From the NCBI GenBank assembly GCA_965216695.1, contig OZ244212.1:4128035-4192034 (forward strand): DNA of 64,000 bases. Reading direction: 5' to 3'. A program made the translations under genes and the position numbers. Below the pieces are notes generated by a model. It was not told where the DNA came from and did not search any database. It saw only the letters and a list, made by a program, of their open reading frames with translations. This document shows, in pieces, positions 25,279-35,127 of this stretch. The DNA comes from Candidatus Azotimanducaceae bacterium. GTDB lineage: Bacteria > Pseudomonadota > Gammaproteobacteria > Pseudomonadales > Azotimanducaceae. Within the stretch, counting starts at the first letter, position 1. Every line of letters begins with the position of its first letter.

Positions 25279-28200
25279 TCAGAATGCTGCCATTGCGTCG
25301 ATGAAAAACCCATCCGACCGGTACGTGCCGCGTCTCAAGTCATCGTCGAAGCCCGAGAAGTTGTAGCCCACGCCGAACCTCAAGCTGCCGATGAATCGAG
25401 AATTCAGCAAGCGCGGATCAATGTGCTTGTACAGACCCACGAGTACGCCGGTTGACGATGCGTCGGCCTTTCGATCGATCAGGGTGCGATACTCGGTGAG
25501 CAGTTCGACCGGGTTGTGTGCAAAGTCGTCTGAACCGGTGTCGCCGAAGCGGTAGCCGAATCCCGCCACGATCATTCCCAGACTCACGTCCTGCCAGCCG
25601 CCGACACCGCGCCGCAGTCGCTGTCGACCTTCTCGATAAGCGAGTTTGCCTTTTAACTGAAAACGCGGGGAGAGCTCGAATATTCCCTCGGTCGACAGCA
25701 GGTGACTGCGTTCATCACCGGGGGTGCCAATCTGCCCCGGCGTCCCTACGTCGTGCAGAAGTCCGTACCGAACGAGCGCATTGAATCTATCCGAACGAAC
25801 CGGGCGATAAGCGAAGCCCGCATTGAGTTCTATGAATCGGCCCGACGTGCGATCTGTCATTCGATCCCGAACGAGTGCGGCATTCAGTCGCGCGACGAGC
25901 CTGCGGTTGTCGTCGATCAGATACGAGAACTCACTTGCGGTGACGAACTGATGATTGTCGACCGATTGGCCTTCGTCACGACGCAGCTCTAATCGGCTGT
26001 GCAGTCGCCAGTTCTCCGCTGTGTAGGTTCCACCGATGCTGGTTGCCATGCGTTCGAACTCCCCGCGATCGCTCACCACACGGCTGCCCTGAAAGGTGGT
26101 CGCAAGCGTGAGGTTGTTCGACAGATCGTAGTCCAGACCGAATACGTGGCCGGTACTGGCTTCCCGGTTCATGCGACCGACTCTCGACTCGCCGTACAGT
26201 GCTAGCCTATTGCCGAGCGCCTGCCGCTGGCCAAACGTGAGCAGGCTGCTCTCTGTGTCGGTGCGGTCCGGGTTGACGGAGTAACTTCCGTACAGCTCTC
26301 GTCCTTCCGCCAGCTGATAGCGGCTTGCGAACTGCGTGGTTGCGCCAGAGCCGACACCACCGGATACGTTGAAGACGGTCGCGGAGCCTAGCGCGTAGTC
26401 AATCCCACCCAGCAATGCGCTGCCTCGGTCGCCTTTGCTGATTTCGACGCTCAACGCAACGCTGTCGTTCATCTGGCGGTTAACGCCCGTGCTCAGTAAT
26501 CGATTGTCGCCGTAGTCACGGTCCGAATGGACGTCGTGTTGCGCCGTTCCATACACGGTCGTCGACTCGTCGACGCGTCGCGCAACGCGCATACCGGCAA
26601 CACCTCCCTGTCCGTTTCGAGTTCCGGAGAAAAGTATCGGCGTGTCGATCGCATCCGCGGTTACGTCGTCCCATCGGATCTCTGAGTCCAGCTGCCAGCA
26701 GCGCTCGTCGACATCACAACGCCAGTGTTTAGACAACTGGAATCGCGCGTTGCGCTGTGTAAGTCCATCGGACCGTTCAAGCGACGCCATGCCGGCGAGC
26801 ACTCTCAATCCTCCACCGATGTCGCTGTCGAGGTTGAAGCCGGTATCGGTCTCGTTAGCGGGGCCGTTAAAACGGCTGGACGCGAAACCCGCGTCGCGCT
26901 TTTGCCACCATGCCTGTACGTATCCGGGGCGATCTTTGAAGTCGGCTAGGTCGATTCGGGTGTCGAGTGCGAATGCGTGCGCGTGTCCTGCATGCGTCGG
27001 CGACGCTCGGTTGTTCGGAAGGTTAAAGGAGAGTCCACCGTCGAACGAGGCGTTGCCTCGAACCGTGTTGCCGTTGCTGGCCGCGACTTCCGCCGCAACG
27101 TAGGTGCCCGACGAGTGGCGCCAGGTAACGTCCAATGCATCGAGCCGATGGTCGTCTGATCCTTGCTCGTCGGTAACGTGCGTTAGACCAACCGACACGC
27201 GGTCAGCCAGCCATGTTTTGCCACGCACGCCGTACACCAGATCCTGGGCGCTGAACTCCGCAGGAACGTGTTCGTAGTCAATATGCAAGAAGACGCGTTC
27301 GCCCTGTAACGCCTCATTCCGCACCACCGGATTGTGTCTTTCCCGAACGACCTGAGACAGCGGCCGCTTCAGTAAGAGACGGCCGTGGGCCGGATCGAAT
27401 TCGTAGTCTGCGCCCGGGGTCAGCAACTGACGTTCTTCGAGTTGAGTCGTTCCGTTCCGGCGCACTTCAACCCAGACTTTCTCGGAGCCCATCACTACGT
27501 CGGTATCCGGAAGATAGTAGAGGGATCCGCCCGTTGCCAGGAACGAAGCATTTGCGGAAACTGACTGCGCCTCGGATGCAAAGAGCTCAATCTCGTAGCG
27601 CCGGTCCCCGAAAACGGTCGCCAATGCGCTGGTCTTTGTTAGACGCAAACCGTAGAGCGATCGGTCGAAGTATCCGAGTTGAGTGTCGGTAAACGCGGTC
27701 TCGAAATTGCCCCACAGCGCTCTGTTGCGTCTGTACGCAATCTCAGCGTACATCGAACCCTGGGATTCGGCTGCCATGATTGTTGTTGAATCATCACCAT
27801 AGGTTGGATAGTAGTTGTCGGTGTCGAGACGGCGAAACAGACGTTGCCGGTCGCGCGCCGCGACGTTGTCGTTCAGATCGCGAAGCGGCGCGTGGGAGGA
27901 GTCAAACTGCACAGTCCACTCCAACGGAGCTCCATCGGTGTCGCCGCCAACGTGGCGAACGCCTTGCCAGAATCCGGCCACTCGGCCGTCTCCGAACAGC
28001 CCGCGGTCCAGATCCGCTGGACCGCCGAAGGTGTCCAACGCGCCGTTCGCCGTACTGGACCCCACGGTAAGGTCGACGATGGCAGCGAATCGTTGCCGGT
28101 TGTCGGCTGATCCTACGACAGGAACGCTTATGTCTGGAAGTATCGGACCGCTTGCGTTCAATCGCTGGGCCGCCAGAAGTTCGCCACCTACAATATCGAG

Positions 28201-31200
28201 CCTTGAAGAAACGGGTCCACAGATACCTACCGTGCGCGGCCGTTTCCAGCGCCCGTCGGGGGTCGTGCGCCATCTCGATACGCGGTAGCCGATCCGCGAG
28301 TCTGTCACAAGCGGGTGCGTCGTTAGCGTGGGATCACGTACGAATAGAAACAACGCCTCCCAGTCTGTTGAGTGGGCAGGTCCGGAGGGTAAGAACGAGC
28401 CGCGATAGAACTCGATCGTCTGTTCTGCTTCAACGGTGACGATGCGATTCGTTTCCTCCGCATCACGCCAGCAGGCTGTTGCCTCACGATCGTATGCGTC
28501 ACTCGAGGTCGCCGCTGACGGACGCATGCACATCTCGATCGCGCTGTGATGGTGATTGGTGAATCTGAAGGCGTATAGCTGATTTGCGTCGTCTGCCTGG
28601 GCGTCGAGCGCCGTACGGATATCGCAACACTCGAGCACGGCGGTTCGGTTCTCGGCCGAAAAGATTGCATCGTCCTGATAGAAACGCTGATCGCGTCGTA
28701 CTTCAACCACACCTCGTCGACCGCCGTGCTGGGGGGGTTGTTCGAACCCGGCAGCTTCGACATGCCGGGCAGCTAAAGCGGACTGCGCGAGTGACGTCTT
28801 CTCGGTAGCGTTCCAGATGCCGGCGATGTTTGCAGCTAAACGACTTTGATCGACGATCAATCGCTCGCGCACGTCGTTGTTTCCGTTGCGACGCCGACTG
28901 ACGAGGTAGGGCACGTGTGCGGGAAGTTTCAGATTGCTGGTTGCTAGAAGATTGATCGTCTGGTCGGAAGTTGGGTAGTAACGATTGTTCGCGGGCACTT
29001 CCAGTGCGCGCTCCTTGGTCCAATCGACATCTGCGAGTGTTGGCTGTGTACCGGAGAAAGGGTCCCGACAGAGTCCGCCGAAACTGGGGTACGCATAGAG
29101 GCGATAGCGCAACCGGTCCCGCGCGCGAACGTCTGCGACATTCACCTTGATAGTGGTGCCGGATGATTCCGCGCGCCGAATACCGCGCCAGGTCGAATCC
29201 GGCGCTTCCGGTTGTGACACCGCAACCAGGTGGCATTGGGCGGCGTCGGTGTAATTCGATTCCGACTTGAACTGAAATGTCCAGCCTTCGGCTCCGCGTT
29301 CTGCAGACTCCAGGGCTATGTGGAGCTTCTTCTCGCGATCAAACGACCCTACGTAATCCAGTTGTTCGAAGTCGCCACAACAATCGCTGGATACGCGTTC
29401 ACTCTGCCAATGGACTGCGAAGTTGGCTTTTGCGAGCCCGCCCGGTACCAGACGCACGAACTGTTTCGGATCCGAATGGATGACCGTCAATCGGTCGCCC
29501 GGAATGGATCCGGGGTCCAGTTTCACCAGATAGTTCCTGCCGGTACTCGGAACGTCGATGTCGGCGATGTGGTACCTGCCGTGCTGATCCGTGCGAATGA
29601 TCAATCCCTCGGGCGTCAACAGCACTGCCCCAGGAATCCCGTTTTCGTCGTCTCCAGACTGTACCCCGTCGCGATTTCGATCGTTGAACACCTTGCCGAT
29701 TACGGTGGCTTTCTGAAACAACGGATCGGCCACCACGTTCACCGTGGCTTCGTCGCTCGTGGGCTGGCTAACGGGGCTGCGGGCAACGGAGTGGTTTGTA
29801 TGGGGTCCGATCGATGCCGCAGGCGTGACTCGGCTCCGAAACTGAATCAGCACGGTTTCGCTCTGAGCGAGGTCAAAGGGGGCAAACGTCAGCTGCGGAC
29901 CGACTTCGACCGCTATCGGGATGCGTTCGTCATCGGTGGTACCCAGCCGGCCATCCGCGCCGGCGCGAACTAGTTCGGCCGCGTCGGACGCCGGACGGAA
30001 TGCCGGCGGGCCTGAATCTGTGACAGTCACCGCCCTCTGATCGCCGGGGAGCGTGTTGCGGATCGAAATTGAATAGGTGACGTGCCGCCCGACCATCGTG
30101 GTGACCGGGTTGGCTTCCACGGTCAATTGCAGGCCGGATACGGGCGCGTTCCGATAGGGGATTGGCGTTGGCACGTCCTCGTCGGGTATCCCATCCCCGT
30201 TCGGGTCGGCGTCTGCACCGTTCGTCGACACGTCCGTCTCTATGCCACCAACGGTGGCGACGGCACTGTTGAAGATCTCCCCCGTATCTGCCCGCGGCGT
30301 GAATCGCACGTTGAACTGCACGTGTGCGCGTGCTCCGGCGGGCATTGCATCGGTGCCCTGTAACAGACGCAGGTCGCTCCTCCCGTCGAAACTCGGATTG
30401 ATCGCCAGGGTTTCCGACTGAAGTGTTCCGGGTACAACCTCGAACGAATCGGCAGCCGCAAACGTGGTGACGAGGTCGTCGATCACGGATACCTGTTCTA
30501 CAGTGGATTCACCGAGGTTTTCCAGGGCGATCGTGATAGTCGTCTCGCGTTGCGAACCGGATACGACCCGTCCGAAGGACGCGGCCTTTGCCAGTCCGAG
30601 ATGCGAAGCGATTGGTTGCACGTTGAATGGAATGGGCGTTGGGTCGAACTCTTCCGGCGATCCATCGCCGTCGGGATCGGGGTTCGCTCCGTTCGTCGAA
30701 TCGTCGCTCACACCCCGCCGCGCGGATGCGAACGCCTGGTTGAGAAATGGCGAAGCGGTTGTGCCGGGTTGGAATCGTACGGTCAACGACACGGACGCGG
30801 TATCGCCAGCGGCCAGACGGTCGCTGCCGTGTAGCAGCAGTGTTTGTTGATCTCCGTCGAACGACGGGTTGATCGTTAGCTTGGAAGACGCCAGGCTCAA
30901 TACTTGAAACGATTCCGCATCGGCAAACGTCTGAGCCAGCGAGTCGACGATCTGTAGGTCGTGTGCGATAGCGTTCCCGAAGTTTTGCACGCGGAAAATC
31001 AACGGTACCGTGAATCCGCCACCTTCTGCCGATTCGACCTCACCGGCCCGCTTTGCCAACCCCAGAATGGCAAAGGGCAGATCAATCATGGTGGGAGCGC
31101 ATCCCGCTTGGGCAGTGGTCAGTTCGTCAGGACGCGAGCAATCGGAAAACGTACTACGGAAGCGTGCATTTTCCGCCGTAACCTCCGCCGAATTCCGAAA

Positions 31201-31629
31201 CGGTCCGATGTGTGAGGCTGGGTCGATGTCTGCGGTGAATGTAACGGTTCCCGTCTGGTCCCGTCGCAGCGTTTCGCCTGGTGCTAACAACCGGTGGTCG
31301 ACGCGGCCGTCAAATTCGGGGTTCGCCGTCGCGAAGCGGCCACCGACCGCCACGGAGTGAATGCGAACCAGCGTTGCTGGTGCGATTGAGTCCGCGACCG
31401 CGTCGGACACCTGGACTTCCGACGCAACCAGATCGCCAGTATTGCGTACCGAAATCTGCATCCGCACCGCGAAACTACCGTCCGCGTTCTCTGAGGTGGA
31501 TAGTACCGTTTTGCGCAGTGACAGCGCGAGATCCGGATAGGCGGGCGCCGAGGCGATCGCTAATAAGCAGATGACCGTCGCGCAGGTGACGCGTCGCACG
31601 AACGCACGGTCACAGCCGGTTTCCCCCAT
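25279..31629 (-). CDS. giant (2116 aa) surface/outer-membrane protein: signal peptide, DUF11-type Ig-like repeats, SdrD-B-like domain, C-terminal beta-barrel-like region
   Basis: AGGAG SD before ATG 31629, signal VTCATVICLLAIASAPA. There are four ~150-aa repeats, two ending in STNGANPDPDGDGSPEEFDPTPIPF / STNGADADPNGDGIPDEDVPTPIPY, then VIGKVFNDRNRDGVQSGDDENGIPG. The last ~700 aa have an alternating beta-strand pattern ending ...FFIDAMAAF (terminal Phe). Confidence 0.8.
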   Translation of the reverse strand: MGETGCDRAFVRRVTCATVICLLAIASAPAYPDLALSLRKTVLSTSENADGSFAVRMQISVRNTGDLVASEVQVSDAVADSIAPATLVRIHSVAVGGRFATANPEFDGRVDHRLLAPGETLRRDQTGTVTFTADIDPASHIGPFRNSAEVTAENARFRSTFSDCSRPDELTTAQAGCAPTMIDLPFAILGLAKRAGEVESAEGGGFTVPLIFRVQNFGNAIAHDLQIVDSLAQTFADAESFQVLSLASSKLTINPSFDGDQQTLLLHGSDRLAAGDTASVSLTVRFQPGTTASPFLNQAFASARRGVSDDSTNGANPDPDGDGSPEEFDPTPIPFNVQPIASHLGLAKAASFGRVVSGSQRETTITIALENLGESTVEQVSVIDDLVTTFAAADSFEVVPGTLQSETLAINPSFDGRSDLRLLQGTDAMPAGARAHVQFNVRFTPRADTGEIFNSAVATVGGIETDVSTNGADADPNGDGIPDEDVPTPIPYRNAPVSGLQLTVEANPVTTMVGRHVTYSISIRNTLPGDQRAVTVTDSGPPAFRPASDAAELVRAGADGRLGTTDDERIPIAVEVGPQLTFAPFDLAQSETVLIQFRSRVTPAASIGPHTNHSVARSPVSQPTSDEATVNVVADPLFQKATVIGKVFNDRNRDGVQSGDDENGIPGAVLLTPEGLIIRTDQHGRYHIADIDVPSTGRNYLVKLDPGSIPGDRLTVIHSDPKQFVRLVPGGLAKANFAVHWQSERVSSDCCGDFEQLDYVGSFDREKKLHIALESAERGAEGWTFQFKSESNYTDAAQCHLVAVSQPEAPDSTWRGIRRAESSGTTIKVNVADVRARDRLRYRLYAYPSFGGLCRDPFSGTQPTLADVDWTKERALEVPANNRYYPTSDQTINLLATSNLKLPAHVPYLVSRRRNGNNDVRERLIVDQSRLAANIAGIWNATEKTSLAQSALAARHVEAAGFEQPPQHGGRRGVVEVRRDQRFYQDDAIFSAENRTAVLECCDIRTALDAQADDANQLYAFRFTNHHHSAIEMCMRPSAATSSDAYDREATACWRDAEETNRIVTVEAEQTIEFYRGSFLPSGPAHSTDWEALFLFVRDPTLTTHPLVTDSRIGYRVSRWRTTPDGRWKRPRTVGICGPVSSRLDIVGGELLAAQRLNASGPILPDISVPVVGSADNRQRFAAIVDLTVGSSTANGALDTFGGPADLDRGLFGDGRVAGFWQGVRHVGGDTDGAPLEWTVQFDSSHAPLRDLNDNVAARDRQRLFRRLDTDNYYPTYGDDSTTIMAAESQGSMYAEIAYRRNRALWGNFETAFTDTQLGYFDRSLYGLRLTKTSALATVFGDRRYEIELFASEAQSVSANASFLATGGSLYYLPDTDVVMGSEKVWVEVRRNGTTQLEERQLLTPGADYEFDPAHGRLLLKRPLSQVVRERHNPVVRNEALQGERVFLHIDYEHVPAEFSAQDLVYGVRGKTWLADRVSVGLTHVTDEQGSDDHRLDALDVTWRHSSGTYVAAEVAASNGNTVRGNASFDGGLSFNLPNNRASPTHAGHAHAFALDTRIDLADFKDRPGYVQAWWQKRDAGFASSRFNGPANETDTGFNLDSDIGGGLRVLAGMASLERSDGLTQRNARFQLSKHWRCDVDERCWQLDSEIRWDDVTADAIDTPILFSGTRNGQGGVAGMRVARRVDESTTVYGTAQHDVHSDRDYGDNRLLSTGVNRQMNDSVALSVEISKGDRGSALLGGIDYALGSATVFNVSGGVGSGATTQFASRYQLAEGRELYGSYSVNPDRTDTESSLLTFGQRQALGNRLALYGESRVGRMNREASTGHVFGLDYDLSNNLTLATTFQGSRVVSDRGEFERMATSIGGTYTAENWRLHSRLELRRDEGQSVDNHQFVTASEFSYLIDDNRRLVARLNAALVRDRMTDRTSGRFIELNAGFAYRPVRSDRFNALVRYGLLHDVGTPGQIGTPGDERSHLLSTEGIFELSPRFQLKGKLAYREGRQRLRRGVGGWQDVSLGMIVAGFGYRFGDTGSDDFAHNPVELLTEYRTLIDRKADASSTGVLVGLYKHIDPRLLNSRFIGSLRFGVGYNFSGFDDDLRRGTYRSDGFFIDAMAAF

Positions 31630-31893
31630 CCTGTGCTCCTGATCAGGACCTATGCTGCCTTTATCCTTTGTTCTTCTATGGCTTCCTGTTTGATCCGGAT
31701 TTCGGTGATCCGAACGCAAATGGGCAGTTGCCTGACAATCTGCCTCCAAGCTTATTGCTATTGTTAGCGTATTGCCAACCGGGTCTCGGACGGCGCGTCG
31801 ACCCTGTCGTTATGAGTTTCGGAGCGGCCGCGCGGTTCAACGGACGCGAACCCCATCTCGGTACTGGGCGTCGGGATTGGCTAGCGTCGCCGG

Positions 31894-32274
31894 ATGCGCG
31901 AGATTCGAACCCAAAAGTTGCTCGTACAGCTGTGGAAAACAGGTCCGGCCCTGTTTTGGCTGTTGGCGCTGTCGGGCTGTTCGAGTATGACTCCGCAACA
32001 GTGCCTTACCGCCGACTGGTACCTTGAAGGGTATGCGGCCGGTCTCGATGGCAAATCGCCTGTGGCATTCACATCGATCAACAATGGGTGCAACCTGCAC
32101 GGAATCCACATCGACAAACACCGGTTTGTGTATGGCTGGATAGCAGCTCAGCATTCGCGCTCCCCTGGCGACACACTGATTGCCGATACAGGCCGCAACG
32201 GAGCTGCGCAGAGCACCTCCGACAGGAACGACCATTCATCGACCACGGCGGTATCAGCTCCTTCAGGGCGGTAG
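31894..32274 (+). CDS. small lipoprotein (DUF2799-like)
   Basis: Lipobox LLALSGC followed by MTPQQCLTADWYLEGYAAGLDG, as I recall for DUF2799. Confidence 0.55.
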   Translation: MREIRTQKLLVQLWKTGPALFWLLALSGCSSMTPQQCLTADWYLEGYAAGLDGKSPVAFTSINNGCNLHGIHIDKHRFVYGWIAAQHSRSPGDTLIADTGRNGAAQSTSDRNDHSSTTAVSAPSGR

Positions 32275-32361
32275 GACGCCACTCACGATCAACTCTGGCA
32301 AGTTGCGCGCACCTGGTGTGCCGTGCAATCGTTGTGGTGAGCGTAATTGGATTGGGGGAGT

Positions 32362-33147
32362 GTGTTGGAACTGAACGGCAAACGCATCATTGTGACCGGG
32401 TGTGCCCGAGGGATGGGGGCCGCCACGGTCCGCGCGTACGTTGCGGCCGGTGCGAACGTGGTCGCGATGGATCTGGACGACGACGAAGGCGAATCGGTCG
32501 TTCGGGCGGCAACGGAACGTAGCGAAGGCGGTGGTACTGCGACCTATCGGCACGTTGATGTGAGTGACGCTGCCGAAGTGCAGGAGGCTTTCAGCGCTGC
32601 GGTTACCCACCTCGGGGGACTGGACGTGCTTGCGCACCCAGCCGCGATTCACCAGGCGTCCACTCCCACGGGTGTGACGGTTGAGCAGTGGGAAGCGGTG
32701 TTTCGCGTCAACGTGACTGGCACCATGCTCACCAATCAGCGTGCTTATCGCTATATGAAAGAATGTGGTGGCGGCTCGATCATTAATTTCGGCTCGATTT
32801 CGGGTCAGCGTCCGGAGCCATCGGCAGCGGCGTACTCCGCTACCAAGGGTGCGGTGCATTCATGGACGCGTTGTGCGGCGGGGGAGTGGGGTGACGACAA
32901 CGTGCGCGTTAACGCGATCCTTCCGGCGATGGCGACCCCGATGTTCTGGAAGGCGCGTGAATCCCGGCCTGAAGCGAAACGAGAAGCGGCGTATTGGCGC
33001 AACGAACATCCGATCGCGCTGGGTCATCAGTACGGTGACCCCGACACCGACCTCGGCCCGGTTATGGTGTTTTTTGCGTCGGACGCATCGCGTTTCATTA
33101 CCGGTCAGCTGATTCCGGTGGACGGCGGACAGACCAACGTGCGGTAG
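32362..33147 (+). CDS. SDR family oxidoreductase
   Basis: VTGCARGMGAA (TGxxxGxG) and YSATKGA (YxxxK). The start is ambiguous (GTG 32362 / TTG 32365 after GGGGGAG; the track uses TTG 32347). Confidence 0.85.
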   Translation: MLELNGKRIIVTGCARGMGAATVRAYVAAGANVVAMDLDDDEGESVVRAATERSEGGGTATYRHVDVSDAAEVQEAFSAAVTHLGGLDVLAHPAAIHQASTPTGVTVEQWEAVFRVNVTGTMLTNQRAYRYMKECGGGSIINFGSISGQRPEPSAAAYSATKGAVHSWTRCAAGEWGDDNVRVNAILPAMATPMFWKARESRPEAKREAAYWRNEHPIALGHQYGDPDTDLGPVMVFFASDASRFITGQLIPVDGGQTNVR

Positions 33148-33189
33148 CCTCCGCGCGTGGCGCATTCATGATCGCGCGGTACTATAGAT

Positions 33190-33217
33190 AACGTCTGAAA
33201 AAGAGAACGTCTGAAAA
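33190..33217 (+). repeat. 12-bp direct repeat x2 (AACGTCTGAAAA) upstream of the BVMO gene
   Basis: Exact copies at 33190-33201 and 33206-33217, spaced 16 bp centre to centre, 23 nt before ATG 33240. Confidence 0.6.
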
Positions 33218-33239
33218 CTTCTGATCCGGGATATGCGCA

Positions 33240-35069
33240 ATGACGAGTAAAACCTCACGCGACGGCGGACGCGCCCGCGAAACCGATGGGTCTGAGCGTT
33301 CGGCGCCGCAGAATCCCCTGGCGTTCGACTACAGTCGCGACCGTTCCGACCGGCCGCCGCAGGAATACTATGACGCTATCAAAGAGCGTTTTGCCGAGGA
33401 ACGGGACTTGCGTCTCGGTTATCGCCCCCCGGGGACGCAGATCTATCAGGAACTCTCAGGTGATCTGGCGGGCTACGAAACGGACCCCTACTGCGCCTCG
33501 ACACCGGAACGCACGCCAGTCAACGATAGCGTGGAGGTACTGTTTATTGGCGGTGGTTTCTCTGCACTACTGACCTCTGCGCGCCTCAAACAGAAAGGTG
33601 TGGAATCGATTCGCATCGTCGAGAAGGGCGGGGACGTTGGCGGCACGTGGTACTGGAATCGCTACCCAGGCGTCGCCTGCGATGTGGTGGCCTACGACTA
33701 TCTACCCCTGCTGGATGAAACGGGCTACGTTCCATCCAGACACTACGCCGGCGGCGAGGAGATTTACAACTACTGCCGCATGATTGCCGAGCGGTTTGAT
33801 CTGTACGACCTGGCGATGTTTCAGACGACGGTTACGTCCACCGTCTGGAGCGAGGACGACGGTATGTGGCACGTGCGCACCGATCGCGGCGATTCAGTTA
33901 AAGCGCGCTTTGTCGTCTGTGCGAACGGTACGCTTGCGAAACCCAGATTGGCGGTGATTGACGGCATTACTGAATTCGAAGGGCACAGCTTCCACACGTC
34001 ACGATGGGACTATGCGTATACCGGTGCGGATCTGGAACGGCTGGCGGACAAGCGCGTTGCGATTATTGGCACAGGGGCGACGGCGGTGCAGGCGATCCCT
34101 GAACTCGGCAGGGCCGCGAAGCAACTCTACGTGTTTCAACGCACACCCAGTTCCATCGATATCCGGGATGACTGGGAAACCGACCCCGAGTGGGCTGCGT
34201 CGCTCGAACCGGGTTGGCAGGCGGCTCGGCGGTCTCGGGCGATTGCCGGTCGGCCGCTGACCGAGGCGCAGAAGAAAAAACGTGCCGCGATGTCGCGGGA
34301 GGAGAAGATCCAGCGCCAGGAGAACGCCAATATAGACGCGATGATGCGGATCCACAGGCGAATTGAAGAGACCGTGGAGGATCCGGCGACCGCGGAGTCG
34401 CTGAAGCCCTGGTACATGATGATGTGCAAACGTCCGTGCTTTCACAACGAGTACCTTCCGACGTTCAACCGGCCCAACGTTCGGCTTGTGGATACGCGTG
34501 GGCGAGGGGTCACCAGAATCGGCCCGTCCGGCCCCGTCTTCGACGGCGAGGTTTTCGACGTCGACCTCATCATCTATGCGACCGGGTTCGAGGTGCAACA
34601 GACTGGAATCTACAACCGCATCGTCGGCAGGGACGGGATAGATCTGAGCGACAAATACAGCGACGGAATTCGAACGGTGCTGGGCATTCACAGCCATGGC
34701 TTTCCCAACTTCTTCGTGATGGGCGGTTACCAGGCGTTTTTCGCATTCAACCTGACCGACGTGTTGAACTGTCAGGGAGAACACATTGCCGAGTGTATCG
34801 ACTACATGCGGCGGAACGACATTCACGAAATGGAGCCGACGCCGGAGATCGAATCCTGGTGGGTACAGAAGGTGATCGACAACCGGGGCAAGACCAGCCG
34901 CAATAGGGACTGTACGCCGGGATACTACAACTTCGAAGGCGCGGAAAACCGACGGCAGGACGGCAACTACAACGGTTCGATGCAGGAGTATCTGGATTTC
35001 ATGGCCGAGGTGCGCGGGCGTATGTCGGAGAATTTTTCGTTCAGCCGACGCGGCGCCGGGGCGGTGTGA
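33240..35069 (+). CDS. Baeyer-Villiger (flavin-containing) monooxygenase
   Basis: GGGFSAL (FAD), GGTWYWNRYPGVACD, BVMO fingerprint FEGHSFHTSRWD and GTGATAVQ (NADP). Confidence 0.9.
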   Translation: MTSKTSRDGGRARETDGSERSAPQNPLAFDYSRDRSDRPPQEYYDAIKERFAEERDLRLGYRPPGTQIYQELSGDLAGYETDPYCASTPERTPVNDSVEVLFIGGGFSALLTSARLKQKGVESIRIVEKGGDVGGTWYWNRYPGVACDVVAYDYLPLLDETGYVPSRHYAGGEEIYNYCRMIAERFDLYDLAMFQTTVTSTVWSEDDGMWHVRTDRGDSVKARFVVCANGTLAKPRLAVIDGITEFEGHSFHTSRWDYAYTGADLERLADKRVAIIGTGATAVQAIPELGRAAKQLYVFQRTPSSIDIRDDWETDPEWAASLEPGWQAARRSRAIAGRPLTEAQKKKRAAMSREEKIQRQENANIDAMMRIHRRIEETVEDPATAESLKPWYMMMCKRPCFHNEYLPTFNRPNVRLVDTRGRGVTRIGPSGPVFDGEVFDVDLIIYATGFEVQQTGIYNRIVGRDGIDLSDKYSDGIRTVLGIHSHGFPNFFVMGGYQAFFAFNLTDVLNCQGEHIAECIDYMRRNDIHEMEPTPEIESWWVQKVIDNRGKTSRNRDCTPGYYNFEGAENRRQDGNYNGSMQEYLDFMAEVRGRMSENFSFSRRGAGAV

Positions 35070-35127
35070 GCGCTAGCGCCTGCTTGCGGTTACCCGTGCC
35101 AACAAGTAACTACGAGACCGTTTACCC

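Noticed and set aside
19831-31893. Genomic island or mobile element carrying the TIR/caspase locus
   Set aside because: No integrase, transposase, tRNA target, flanking direct repeats or obvious compositional break was seen by eye. The locus appears embedded in ordinary chromosomal context.
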